From a virus, in the IMG/VR virus record IMGVR_UViG_3300023116_000009, positions 122,088 through 186,087 of that record: a stretch of DNA of 64,000 nt; one strand, given 5' to 3'. Numbering within the stretch: the first letter of the stretch is position 1; each line of letters begins with the position of its first letter. Made by a program: the position numbers and the translations under genes. Below, in pieces: positions 37,901-47,300 of this stretch. Below the pieces are notes generated by a model that was given only the letters and a program-made list of their open reading frames with translations, did not search any database and was not told where the DNA came from.

Positions 37901-40900
37901 TGGAGTAACAGAAGTTACAGTATATGAATTTGACGGTACAGTATATGCAAATCCAGCACCACCACTAGTAAATTGATTTCCTTCTTCATCGAAGTAAATC
38001 AAATTCGAATTGTTTATTGTCAGAGTATCACCAGCAGTATACCCACTATCGCCATCATCACTAATATTGATCTCAGTAACTACTCCACCGCTAACAGTAA
38101 CAGTTGCTACTGCTCCTGTTCCTGTACCTCCATTTAAAGGTACTGTTGCATAAATGTTATCAGTGTATCCAGAACCACCAGTAATTGTACCACCTGAAAT
38201 ACCTTTTACCGTTACTGTACCAGTTCCTCCAGTACCAGTTCCTGTTTGTTGGTTTTGACCTTGAACATTTGTAAATGAAAGGTTATTATAAACTCCTGCA
38301 ATATAACCAGAACCTGCTTGAGTTACTTGACCAGCGAATGCAGTTACTGTTACATCAACTCTAAGACCAGTACCCGATCCTCCAGTAACTGGAATATTGG
38401 TATATGTTCCAGGAAGGTATCCAATACCTGGAGTACCAACAGAAACTGTTTCTGGAATTGAAGATGAGATATTAATATCAGTAAGAGATCTTACTTCACC
38501 AGGAGCAATTCTTAATACAGATCCACCATTAGAAACTAAATCATAGTATCCATCTCCAAGATCAATTGGTTTTCTAATACCAGTATCTTGATCACCATCA
38601 AATGCCAAAGAAAGGCGAGTGCTTCCAGAAGTAAAGGTTTCCAGATTAACTCTTTGATTCAGATTAATCTCATTACCAGTAAATGGTGTCAGGTTAATAT
38701 TACCTGAAGTTGTAGAAATCGTATTACCGAAGAAGGTAAACGCACCGACCTCAATGGACGTTGGAAGGATCGTGGTGGTGTCTGAACCAGCAGATACGAG
38801 CAATTGGTCAAAACTAGTTCCAGCGCCTGCTCCAGCGCCTCCAGACCCAGCAAAGGAAAGGGTTCCCTTCTCTTGGTCAACCAGGAAAAGATCGCCTACA
38901 CGGAAGTCGCCACTCTGGTCAACAGAGGTAAAGAATACACGACCATTATTTTGTTCAATGACTTCGTTTGACTGTACAACCAAACTAACGTCGTTATTAT
39001 CATCCTTACCGACGCCAATGTATCCAAAGTTATGACTGATAAGACGTAAACTTACACCCTGACCATTTGCACTAGCACCACGCTCACCATAAACGTTTGC
39101 AGATGCAATTGAGCGAAGTTCTGCACCAAACTTGGTATAATCTGCAAGGGTTACAAATGTTGCAGTTCCGCCAGCAGTGGTTCTAACATCTTGAGCAACA
39201 ATACTATCATCAACAAATACAGCAGCACCATTTGTGCCCTCCATATGGAGCAGCAGAGCAGTATCATTATCTGCTAAAAACTGAACTGTGGTTGGTGTAA
39301 ATGCTGCGTTATATCTTGAAGAACCCTTAGTTACTCTAACTTCATCAATATAACCATTCAATCCAGCACTTCCATCATATGCTGCACCAATTGTTAAACC
39401 TCTTGTTGGGAAGTCATTACCGTCAGTGTAACTAGAACCAACTTGAGTGCCGTCTACGAATAACTTACTTACGCCAGAAGTTCTTGAGAGTGCAATATGG
39501 TGCCAAGTAGATGCAGTTAATGCAGCAGAACCTGTGATTACAGCAGCGCCATTAACATAATATACAAGATCTGATCCAGAAATATTAACTACTGGTGAAA
39601 TTTCTGTTGGTGATGCTGATCTAAAGTCAAAGATAGTTTTAGCACCAGAAGTATTGTTGAGGTAGATAAATGCTTCTAATGTAAATTCGCCAGTACTAAA
39701 GTTGAAATCTGGATCTGATGGTACTGTTAATCGATCATCAGTTCCATCAAATGCTGCAGAAGTTGAACCAAGTTTAACTTGAGTTGTGCTGGTTACTACA
39801 TTGTCAACTGCAGAAACATTCTTACCTGTTGTTTCGTCAGTTGCAATGATACGACCTTCACCTTTTCCATCCAAATATACATAAGTACCATCATTTTCAT
39901 CAATGGTTCCATAACCACTGGTCTTTAAATAGTTTAAGTTACCAGCACTTGCAGTGCCAGCAAAGATACCATCAATGACAAAACTATTGCCTGTCGTTAC
40001 TGATGTAATTTTATGGAATTCTGTTACACCACTCTGAGCGCCAGAAGTAGTATTGATGTAGACAAGATCCCCTTGTGCCAGTCCATGACTGGATGAGGTG
40101 ATCGTCATTGTTAAATTATCATCTGCACCACTAGTTGTATATGCAGCAGTTACTTGAGATACGCCTGCTTCAATTAAACCAACTTGGTTACCAGATCCAG
40201 CAGTAAAGTCGCCAGATTCCCCTTGGAGATTCAGTCGAGTTCTCGCTACTCCACCAAGACCAGTACCACCGTCTGGACTTTCTCCTAAAATACCATCTTG
40301 TGCATAATATGTGAATGAGTTTAACCATTCACAACGAGCACCATTTTTAAGATATAAACCAACTGAATTAGGTACAACAAATGTACACTCATTGAAAAGA
40401 ATGGATGCTTCAATAGTGCTTGAATTGGCAACAGAACCATCAATTAAGGCACCTCTACCAGCATCACCTTGATTATAACCTCTAGGATCGGATGCAGAAG
40501 TTACAGAACCTTTTGTGAGGACACTGACTCTCTCAATATAAGGTCTTCTTTCAGTAAGAGTAAAGTTTGATGCTAATCTGAAACCATATCCAGTATCATT
40601 AGAAGCATTATAGTAGAAGTTTCTAATGGTAATGTCTTCAATATTAGCATTACCGAGAAGAAGGAAGCAGTCAAGATCTTGAGTGGCAACGGTTGGTTGA
40701 ATAAAAACAGATTTAATTCCACGTCCCTTAATAGAAACATCAACTGGTACGGTTAATGGAAACTCCTCAGTGTAAGTACCACCTTCAACTACAATAGTAT
40801 CACCCGCTTGAGCAAAGTTCTCAAGGGCATACTTGAGTGAAGCAAATGCGGTGAACTCTGTTGCACCCCATGCGTTTGCCCCTGTCGTTGACCCATGGCG

Positions 40901-41173
40901 GGGATTGGCAGAACCAATTGTTGCTTTGTCAGTACCATTTGCTGATACAAACCAAGTATTTCCAACTCCATCTGTGATGGAACTGGAAAGCATTGATGGA
41001 ACGATGGTTTCATCGTTCGGGTCAGCATTCAAAACCTCCCTGATAGTACCGCCGTCATTGATAAACAGCGATCTATCATTAATATTAAGAGCTACCTCTC
41101 TATCTGAAAGGTCACTTATCTGGGGTACTGAATTCGGAGTCGTTGAACTCTTGAGTTTGATTCTGCTTGCCAT
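31922..41173 (-). CDS. Giant multidomain tail fibre / virion appendage protein (3083 aa)
   Basis: N-terminal RIKLKSS..LSDREVALN; pectin-lyase-like beta-helix; LamG domain (about 39235-39760); many xxGxGY beta repeats; two cupredoxin-like modules; LPVGT..RP...GSVRYNT module; C-terminal propeller-like region. Confidence 0.88.
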   Translation of the reverse strand: MASRIKLKSSTTPNSVPQISDLSDREVALNINDRSLFINDGGTIREVLNADPNDETIVPSMLSSSITDGVGNTWFVSANGTDKATIGSANPRHGSTTGANAWGATEFTAFASLKYALENFAQAGDTIVVEGGTYTEEFPLTVPVDVSIKGRGIKSVFIQPTVATQDLDCFLLLGNANIEDITIRNFYYNASNDTGYGFRLASNFTLTERRPYIERVSVLTKGSVTSASDPRGYNQGDAGRGALIDGSVANSSTIEASILFNECTFVVPNSVGLYLKNGARCEWLNSFTYYAQDGILGESPDGGTGLGGVARTRLNLQGESGDFTAGSGNQVGLIEAGVSQVTAAYTTSGADDNLTMTITSSSHGLAQGDLVYINTTSGAQSGVTEFHKITSVTTGNSFVIDGIFAGTASAGNLNYLKTSGYGTIDENDGTYVYLDGKGEGRIIATDETTGKNVSAVDNVVTSTTQVKLGSTSAAFDGTDDRLTVPSDPDFNFSTGEFTLEAFIYLNNTSGAKTIFDFRSASPTEISPVVNISGSDLVYYVNGAAVITGSAALTASTWHHIALSRTSGVSKLFVDGTQVGSSYTDGNDFPTRGLTIGAAYDGSAGLNGYIDEVRVTKGSSRYNAAFTPTTVQFLADNDTALLLHMEGTNGAAVFVDDSIVAQDVRTTAGGTATFVTLADYTKFGAELRSIASANVYGERGASANGQGVSLRLISHNFGYIGVGKDDNNDVSLVVQSNEVIEQNNGRVFFTSVDQSGDFRVGDLFLVDQEKGTLSFAGSGGAGAGAGTSFDQLLVSAGSDTTTILPTSIEVGAFTFFGNTISTTSGNINLTPFTGNEINLNQRVNLETFTSGSTRLSLAFDGDQDTGIRKPIDLGDGYYDLVSNGGSVLRIAPGEVRSLTDINISSSIPETVSVGTPGIGYLPGTYTNIPVTGGSGTGLRVDVTVTAFAGQVTQAGSGYIAGVYNNLSFTNVQGQNQQTGTGTGGTGTVTVKGISGGTITGGSGYTDNIYATVPLNGGTGTGAVATVTVSGGVVTEINISDDGDSGYTAGDTLTINNSNLIYFDEEGNQFTSGGAGFAYTVPSNSYTVTSVTPSGTWSGTGYTIGDAITATVPGGGNGFVFEFSNIQFLSSANIVDEGTDDALAGEGYLSGELVQPYFELASNDTLVGIGTTVTYNVQIRPKSGGGGNAYWINTGSGYVEAPALTLNKDTLYRFTVTPDATYTATYADHPFTISETNDGIHNGGTAYTTLSGPLNGNNGAYIIVTGDTPGTLYYYCTIHSGMGNSIDTTADTEYGQNGSIAIGTALLENFLSLTKTGNITAEGGTFNTNVTVNENFSALGTTTLSTVSAQNLTVSGTLTASGGIGTSGNLTVQGDLGTNGRLTVVGDPNNPSQIGASVAFDTDLLQIDATNNKVSILGPTDPVVIEDYTFEVNSTAKIYNHVFLATDAGSVVSIGTDPGPDDISSTFDEKFTVTGDSRFDGRILVNDGTEIAPSITFDSDEKLGFYKSNLNEITTVGYNGPIMKQTTQQISFFKPVDLINKAIDEYTITPGRGYTIGTTNNVLFRGGTGADFTANVTVAFTGNITQPGSGYYNEEYLNVPVQYVSVASGAITVFGTLTPGSGYVDGTYFNVALTAGTGSSATGDFTIENGQVTSVVINSRGSGYAVSDLLGVDTANVGGSKLSGTLGVSLAGTGYPDGTYSDVALVNTLGSGSGATANVVVSGGVVTSATVNQGGGGYTTSDTFTVADSDLYENLTFTYTVTNNGSTNYVISGDDRNTTYTSASNPSINVNLGDTISFSVSAAGHPFYLVSQLDAQTNGFNAAYVLPATNNGAESGTVSFDTSLTVPGTYYYICGNHASMVGQINIASVTYGSGAAFSAQTVSTGSGFAIRVNNIGATGTGSNAQARILVEGGVVTEFNITSPGSGYLIGDVLTVNYTDMQYTDPTSGLLTTISAPAVPVEYTVKRLNSVSYVNVVDLGAGYSVDDVLDLPSSYYDAAALGFTLFPTEAAVSVGQEFYAGEYAYEVTGAGTTGTVVPSFGQDGVSGINTVSGGSGYPSGATIEGVQCEATTGEGTGLLVDITTNGAGTVTSISPSGNLSGDLFQVGDAFTLDNDYINTGAATIAIASGGDNGAYGDTQTYDLNQTGTSGTGANILIRFTSDATGNISSAVILSNGIGYQVGELIEFDGSLFGGGGGGDPEEGGDPVDDPTTVTIVVQSLTNGSGANFTVSSIASSVTNGTATIAHNGYFPAGFSLTVNSLAEFNNIQFDAVDGVVTAKKLVASPDGVEIATTLLLNNNTISTTAGDLTLSAEANSQVVISGTGALALPVGTDANRPGGPLQGSVRYNTDRNQFEGYNGNYFVSLGGVRDVDGNTFVIGERSPGNDDNNVWFFNDGTQTLRVSQTELNLDTLNTINSNAEGNSIEWTPETDVTQFTADLDDVLTVQQYIYSGDNLYRITADHTTGTVAPTHTSGTVDNLEYWSYRYDNLNANVDNVNLNVNGKFTISTNQLEITSSATDEIIKTDRDALTFGFEPASSDSYQLLKLTNGGALQINRGFSSTADNYLTVLDAGLQKLELANTKIFTQTSTLDAAAGNIVSATMFPWAEAWSGKFMVEVEEQFPIPDAYPRKQYSEVSYLIRGNGEDIIYTESNKLYTDVVLADIEADLSGSNVQVRVTELGSATDTYIPVAAERSADITSSTFFTKNIASVIDTDADRVVIYANDNANFATGGFRVGTVSDNGVVFGTQIPLTATGNSDHASMAFDSATNRIVWASNSGDYIVGDVDPNNSNITFGSLGTFTSDSILIYSLNGGRDARTCRILSVNGRMIIVYHTTSGVYQVNGTVTGGSTNSVSWSTPSLLLGGTGLQDAFTDGTYLYVNFTSGVVRKYSVNGSTLTAVTTVGIGSGNGVQWAVVGTTRVLKMYYDTSTSQIQARYYDLSDLSEVGLVVSTGIDSEIFSVASNPADGQFLFNVALDYSSTNDGEQNIQGVIIADGDTLSYTSRSRTYAALDQPVNYDGNLLNAGDLDVIFIGTRADGNGDLHDIFVTSASTTSNISASADETVSFASAIENRTTYNIKIVSHTVKR

Positions 41174-41321
41174 TTATAGCATTCTCTGTTTCTATAATAC
41201 TATTTAACCGTTTAGATAAATCCTGTATTCGTGCCTCTAGGACAACATTAGTAAGTGTCAAATCAGTAATCTTCTTTTGAAGAGTAGCGACCAAGACATT
41301 AACATCTATTTCATTGTTCAT
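41112..41321 (-). CDS. Small coiled-coil hypothetical protein
   Basis: 69 aa directly after the 739-aa gene. Its 3' end overlaps the next gene by 62 nt. Confidence 0.65.
   Translation of the reverse strand: MNNEIDVNVLVATLQKKITDLTLTNVVLEARIQDLSKRLNSIIETENAINGKQNQTQEFNDSEFSTPDK
41201..41207 (-). promoter_or_regulatory. Possible late promoter TTAAATA (3083-aa fibre)
   Basis: 28 nt upstream of the start. Weaker match, and it lies inside the overlapping 69-aa ORF. Confidence 0.5.
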
Positions 41322-41330
41322 TGTTTAACC

Positions 41331-43550
41331 TCAGGTGAATGTTCCCCCATCAATAGTATCAGTCCAGACGGGGACCCCAGCAGCAGTAACTGTCAGGATC
41401 TGGAATGATGTAGCAACATCAGGACCAACTCCTGGTTGCAACATGTTTGCAGCAGCGGTTTCTAAAAGTTCACCAGTGCCGTTTCCATAAAGAATTCCAT
41501 TAGTATTAAATTCAGATCTTCCAGTACCACCATAAGTGACTTGAAGATCAACATCTAATTCCAGTTTACCAACAACTACAGTACCTCTATTTGAGGATAC
41601 TGAAAGAACGCGAATCTGTACATTATCTGCAGGTGTATTACCACCAATGCTAGCACCAGGAAGAGTGAGCAAATCACCTTCTTGGTAGTAACCACCATCA
41701 TTTGCAACAAATGCATTAACAGGAGCACCATTAGCATCTCTAACTAATGTAATGGCGGCACCAGATCCACTACCACCAGTAGCAGATACTGCAGTGTATG
41801 TTTGGTTTGCTTGTGATGGGATGGTAGTTCCACTATTATTATTTAAATCATCTTTTTCAATTTGAACATCACCAAGAACACCTACTTGATGGGTAAAGAT
41901 GTTGTTAGTGTTGACTGCATCCTCAATAAAAGTGAAGGCACCAGTTCCGTTGGCAGCACCAGTTCTATCATATCCAAAGAAACCAATCTTAGTAGTAGAA
42001 CCGTTAAGATAAGTATATGAAATACCACGGTCCATGCCATCATCAGCACCTTGGGTGATTGTAATTGCATCACCCTCAGCAATTTCTCCAATAATACCAC
42101 CGCCAGAAATACCAATCAAGGTAGTTGCAAATACCTGAGCAGCAGCAATGCTTGGATCAATATTTACTGTTTGTGGAGTTCCGCTATTACCATCTGCAAG
42201 TTCAAGGTTCTCATAGAAAGCACTTTCTCTTAACGATTTGGAACTAAGTTGAACTGCAACCGTTGATCCAGATTGTGAAATGAAAGTACCAATCAACTCA
42301 TATACTGAACCATCTTTTACGTAGATGTTAGCACCTACAGAAGGAGCAGATGCAAATCCAGAAGCAGTACTAAAGGTTACTGCAATACTAGCAATGGTTC
42401 TTCCAGATCCAACATTTGCTCCACTAATAGAAGAACCAACAATAATACCAGAAGGATTATCAATTGAAAGTGAGGTTGAACCAACAACTGCAGTTGTTTT
42501 TACAACTTTCTCACTTACATTATCACCCAGATTGAAGACGGGATCATTGACCGTCATCTGGGTCGAGTTCACAGTTGTGGTTGTACCAGCAACTTGAAGG
42601 TTACCACGAACGATTAAATCACCAGCAGCATCTCCATTTCTAGGATCTGGGTCCAGGATTAACTGATTACCAGCGTTTGTTGAAATGGTATTACCATCCA
42701 AACGAATGTTGTCAAGATTGAACTGACCAGTTTGGTTAATAGTACCAGCAATGGTTTGAGTTCCATTGAAGGTTACGTTCGCATTAAAAGTTGTTTCTGA
42801 ATTAACAGTTAATGTATCAGTGTTAGCAGTACCTAAGATTACATTATCATCAACTCTAAGTTCATCAATCCATGCAGTACCAGCAACACCAAGACCACCA
42901 TCAATAACTACAGCACCAGTTGAAACGCTAGTTGATGTTGTAGTATCGGCAACTTTAATAGCAACACCATTATCAAATTGCCAATCTGCTCCATCAACTC
43001 TAACTTTATCTAAAGAGGTTTCATCGTAGCGAATACCGCCATCTCCATCAGTACCAAACTGAAGTTTGAGATCATCATCCAGACGGAATTCTGGAGTATT
43101 AGAACCAACCCTATCTAAACGAAGAACGTTTGCTACTTCATCAAATCTAAACTCAATGTCTCCTGTAGTACCGAACTCAAGTTCTTGACTATCTTCAATT
43201 ACAAGTTTACCGAGTCCGTTTGCTCTAAAGATGAGATCTGTATCTGTAGTATCAGTTTCTACTACGTTAGAGTCGATGTTGACATCATCAACTCTAAATC
43301 TGTCTACTTTAGAATTGTTGTCTACAATAATTGCAGAATCTGCTGTTAACGTACCATGTACGTGATCCAGCATATCGGTAAAATACTTACCACCAATTAC
43401 TTGAACTGTGGTATTATTGTCACCAATAAAAACTCTATCGCCACGATTAACCTGAGTACCAGCACCAACCGTTACTGCAAGTTCACCGAACTCTAGCGAA
43501 GCAGGTACTGTAGTACCCGTACTTCTTTTAATTAGGATGGTTGATGCCAT
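41331..43550 (-). CDS. Fibre-like virion structural protein (739 aa)
   Basis: N-terminal ILIKRSTG...LEFGELA, STSVSTGAVVIDGGLGV, GNLQVAGTTTTVNST, C-terminal GVPVWTDTIDGGTF. These motifs are typical of cyanophage fibre and baseplate appendages. Confidence 0.8.
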   Translation of the reverse strand: MASTILIKRSTGTTVPASLEFGELAVTVGAGTQVNRGDRVFIGDNNTTVQVIGGKYFTDMLDHVHGTLTADSAIIVDNNSKVDRFRVDDVNIDSNVVETDTTDTDLIFRANGLGKLVIEDSQELEFGTTGDIEFRFDEVANVLRLDRVGSNTPEFRLDDDLKLQFGTDGDGGIRYDETSLDKVRVDGADWQFDNGVAIKVADTTTSTSVSTGAVVIDGGLGVAGTAWIDELRVDDNVILGTANTDTLTVNSETTFNANVTFNGTQTIAGTINQTGQFNLDNIRLDGNTISTNAGNQLILDPDPRNGDAAGDLIVRGNLQVAGTTTTVNSTQMTVNDPVFNLGDNVSEKVVKTTAVVGSTSLSIDNPSGIIVGSSISGANVGSGRTIASIAVTFSTASGFASAPSVGANIYVKDGSVYELIGTFISQSGSTVAVQLSSKSLRESAFYENLELADGNSGTPQTVNIDPSIAAAQVFATTLIGISGGGIIGEIAEGDAITITQGADDGMDRGISYTYLNGSTTKIGFFGYDRTGAANGTGAFTFIEDAVNTNNIFTHQVGVLGDVQIEKDDLNNNSGTTIPSQANQTYTAVSATGGSGSGAAITLVRDANGAPVNAFVANDGGYYQEGDLLTLPGASIGGNTPADNVQIRVLSVSSNRGTVVVGKLELDVDLQVTYGGTGRSEFNTNGILYGNGTGELLETAAANMLQPGVGPDVATSFQILTVTAAGVPVWTDTIDGGTFT

Positions 43551-43759
43551 CAGAATGATCCTCCGTTAACTGTTACGTTATTTAATACGTTTGTTGTTTG
43601 AAATTTTTGCGTAGTTGCATTATAAACCATAACGTATCCTTCACCTAAACCTTCAGTTACAGTATCAACATCTGCGAGATTTTGAAGTGTCGCAGCACCG
43701 CCTACAGCAACTCTAGAAACCTGTGGAAAACTTTGGTCTCCAAATCTTACTCTGGCCAT
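43550..43759 (-). CDS. Small structural-type protein
   Basis: LQNLADVD...EGYVMVYNATTQKF repeat module and C-terminal NGGSF. Confidence 0.75.
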   Translation of the reverse strand: MARVRFGDQSFPQVSRVAVGGAATLQNLADVDTVTEGLGEGYVMVYNATTQKFQTTNVLNNVTVNGGSF

Positions 43760-43760
43760 T

Positions 43761-44099
43761 TTAGATTGTTACTCCTTCTACTACCGTTAACACACCTTCC
43801 AGCACTCTGGATTTAATCCCGTCTGGAGCGGTAAGAACTACATCATAAACATACTTACCAGGAGTCATTGCAGAGGTAACTGCATTTGAAAGTGAAAGTT
43901 TCACTGCTCCAACTGACGCTGGAGGTGTAATCTCAACTACAATTGAAGTTGAAGTCGAGCTTTCATAATGCTTCTTAATTAAAGAAGCACCAGAATAACC
44001 AGTCAAATCAAAGTTCTGACCATTATCTTTACTCACATAAAATGTGGTTTCAAAATCAGCACCTTGATATACAATTAAGTTAGTTACCGCAGATAACAT
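43761..44099 (-). CDS. Conserved Ig-like virion protein (QGADF family)
   Basis: NLIVYQGADF, FDLTGYS, GKYVYDVVLT, RVLEGVLTVVEGVT. Confidence 0.8.
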   Translation of the reverse strand: MLSAVTNLIVYQGADFETTFYVSKDNGQNFDLTGYSGASLIKKHYESSTSTSIVVEITPPASVGAVKLSLSNAVTSAMTPGKYVYDVVLTAPDGIKSRVLEGVLTVVEGVTI

Positions 44100-44117
44100 T
44101 ACCTTGTTCCTACTTCA

Positions 44118-44357
44118 TCAAGTATTTATACCACTCATTAATTTAAGTAAAAGGTTTTTGATTTCATCAATCTCACCTTTTAGTTCTTCCACTTGATGAA
44201 TAGCATACTCTAATTTTTCCTCTTTATTTTTATTAGAGTTTCTATTATGAATATACTGTTCGTATTCTGATTTATTTGTATTAATAATTGCACCAGTTTG
44301 AGGGTCTCTGGCAAGATTGCCATGACCCTCTACTGGGATCAAGCTAGGGCGATGCAT
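44118..44357 (-). CDS. Hypothetical coiled-coil protein typical of T4-like cyanophages
   Basis: IPVEGHGNLARDPQTGAIIN...LKGEIDEIKNLL. Confidence 0.8.
   Translation of the reverse strand: MHRPSLIPVEGHGNLARDPQTGAIINTNKSEYEQYIHNRNSNKNKEEKLEYAIHQVEELKGEIDEIKNLLLKLMSGINT
44123..44130 (-). promoter_or_regulatory. Late promoter TATAAATA
   Basis: Perfect consensus 24 nt upstream of the 112-aa ORF. Confidence 0.8.
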
Positions 44358-47300
44358 CTTAAATCCTTAATTAATGGAATATCACAAGTATTTACAGAAC
44401 GCATTCTAATTTTGATTGCGTATTGAGTGAATGTGTCATCTCCCGTTAAATCGATTTGATAATCATAATCGGAGAAGTCATCAGTCCTCTTGAGAGTTGC
44501 ATAATTTGCTGAAGTTACTTCTTGCCAAGGAATCTTATTTGGATCTTCCTCATCACCAACAAGTAGTTTAACATAAAGATCAATATCAGTATTTTGATTA
44601 TTGAATGCAGCAAACAGTACTTTCAGCGAAGTACATTCTTGTGCAAGAGTTACAAGTTTAGTAATGTATTGAGCACCATTATAATCCTCTTCTGCACTAG
44701 AACCAATATCATAAGTTCCAGTAGCATCATCAAAGAAGAATGCTTTATTCGTAGTACCATCAAAGTTTGCAATTCTGTTTTGGGTGGTAACAACGCTGAT
44801 TCTGTCCGTGTCAATAACTGGACTTAGATTATCAATATTACTAGAAAGTGTTAATTGCAATTCGAAAGATTTTGCATTAGACATCTGTCTTTCTTGATTG
44901 ATCAACGAAGCAACCAATCTTGGGGAATTGAAATAGTTAGTATCATTCAATGCCACAGGAGTAAATGCACCATCTTTTCTGTAAGAATCGGTATACCATG
45001 TTTCCTTAACAGGTGATGGTAATGAATATTTACCATCACCAAGGGAAGTTCCAGAAGTTCCTTTATATGCACTTGATACTGTAGTTCCTGGAAGTTCTTT
45101 GTAAGAAATCATTGGCATCATTGAAGTATATGCAATGTTAGTGCTTGCAGTAACATCAGGTCCGCCAAAAGTTGTATTTGCGTCGTCAATGTTTCTTCTG
45201 TACGCATTAAGATCTAATTGATAAGAATCAGTGGTGATATATTTCAAATTCTGATGTACAGTATTAATAAGTGTTAGTGGAATACCATTCTTAACATACA
45301 ATTCAACTTCCCAACCATCAGCGCCTCTAAAACCACCAGAAGGAACATTAGATTCTGTAATTTTACTTATTAAAGTTATAGCAAACTTGCCATCGGTTAC
45401 AGTGCCAACTGCAGTTGGATCATAAGTGTATATAAATTCACCAATACGAAGATAACCAGGATTAGTCGCACTTGGTGTTGCTCCAAGAATACCATTTCTA
45501 GTGGGAGATGATCCTGTATTGTAAATCATATCTTGCGATCCTACAGATCCACTAGCATAGAAAAGATTTCTAACAGAATCTGTACCACTAGTATCAACTA
45601 GTTCTAATGGTGAACCTGATCCAGTTTGACCTGTCCAATCAGAAGCAAGTTTAGCACTGACTTCACTACTTACCCCTTTAATCTCTACAAATGATGATTC
45701 ATCAAACATGCCGTGATTTGCATGATAAACTTTTACATATCCACGATCAGCACCATTTTCATTAACAGTAAGTTCAATAGGATCATTTCTAAGTGGTTTA
45801 AACAACAGTTCTCCACTATTGTCATCAGTAAATTCAATTACAGGAGTTTCGTTAATATTAAACTTACATCTGTAAATTCTAAACTTCATGTCTTGGTATT
45901 CTGCCGTAGTCCAAGTAGATGCGTTTTGAGATTTAAATAGGACACCAGCATATGGTTGCTTAGAAATTCTTTCACCATTTAAATCATCTTTGCCCATTTC
46001 AGACAACCAAACATTATACTCAACTGATGAAGTTAAAAGAACAAAACAGTATTCTTTTAATTCTGCCAAGTATACTGGACTATCAAACACAAATGTAGTT
46101 ACAGCAGTAGCATCATCAGAAACACTCACATCGGATGGATCCTTATTGATAGTTGCAAGAACTACAGAAGATGGATATCCATTTACCATCTCACGAATCT
46201 GCATTGTTACTGGTAGAGAGGTGTCTTTAGTTCTAAAATAAACATCAATCTTAGAAATAAAACATCCTCCAACTTCTTGAACCAAGAATGACTGTGCAAG
46301 AGGGTCATACCATGCACCTCTACTTGTACCTGAAGAACTTGACCTTAAAGTTCTTGACTGACTTACTACATCTCTAGTAAGTTCAGCATTTCTAACAAGC
46401 AGAGTGTCTAACTGTTTTGACAGAATTGTTCCTCTGGCACTATAAGTGCCTTCTGCAGAACTATCTACAACCCCAGGAATTTGAGAGTTTGTTGGACTAT
46501 CCGTTAATCTAACTAAAGATTCCCCAACTTTAAATCTTAATGCAGCTTTACCATTTGGATCTGGAATATAAACACTTGCACGAAGATTGCCCTTTTCATC
46601 TGCAATTAAATGTTTTTTGGTAACCTTTGCAATAGCACCACTAGTGACACCGATAATAGTATCACCTTCCACCAAATAACCACCATAAACTTGACCATCA
46701 AGTTGCTGCATAGAAGAAATATTCAAATTCAAGAATGTTGAAGATAAGTTATATGATGTAATTGTAATTTCATCTCCACTGTAAGGGTCAATTAAATAAT
46801 TTTTACCTGACTTAGCAATTGCTCCAAAAGGAGCTGCTAATTTACATCTAAATTTTCTTCCTCTAAATGGACCAAATCTAATTCTAGGAGCATCAGATGA
46901 ACCACCTGCACCGATGAGTACAATATCCTCACCAGTTTGGAAAACTCTGTTTCCACGCATTTCGATTCCAATAATTTTTGGAGTAGTGTAAGCAGCAATT
47001 GCTTTACCCTCCATAAATGGATATACTCTTACATTTGGTTTTAATCTAAATGCAGTAATTGAGAAGTTTCTTGATCTCTTGAATCGTGCATACTTGGTAT
47101 CAACAACTCTATCACCAAGAACTTTTCTATCAAGTCGTGGAGTTACCCTGGTCCTAATACCAGTTCTTGTTTGCCTTGTAATGCTCCAAGAACTCCAAGA
47201 TGTAACGTCTCTTACAAATGGATGCTGATCTCTTCTTTCTGCTCTTCTATTTGTCGTGGATGAAAAACCCCTAGATGACCATTGAGTTTGCCATGCATTC

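Noticed and set aside
41112-41173. Programmed frameshift or fusion between the 69-aa ORF and the 3083-aa gene
   Set aside because: The 62-nt overlap has no obvious slippery heptamer or downstream structure. The larger gene has a plausible start and promoter of its own.
43356-43364. HVH motif in the 739-aa protein as an HxH iron-binding fibre site
   Set aside because: It is a single occurrence near the N-terminus rather than repeated at a fibre tip, so it is likely chance without structural support.
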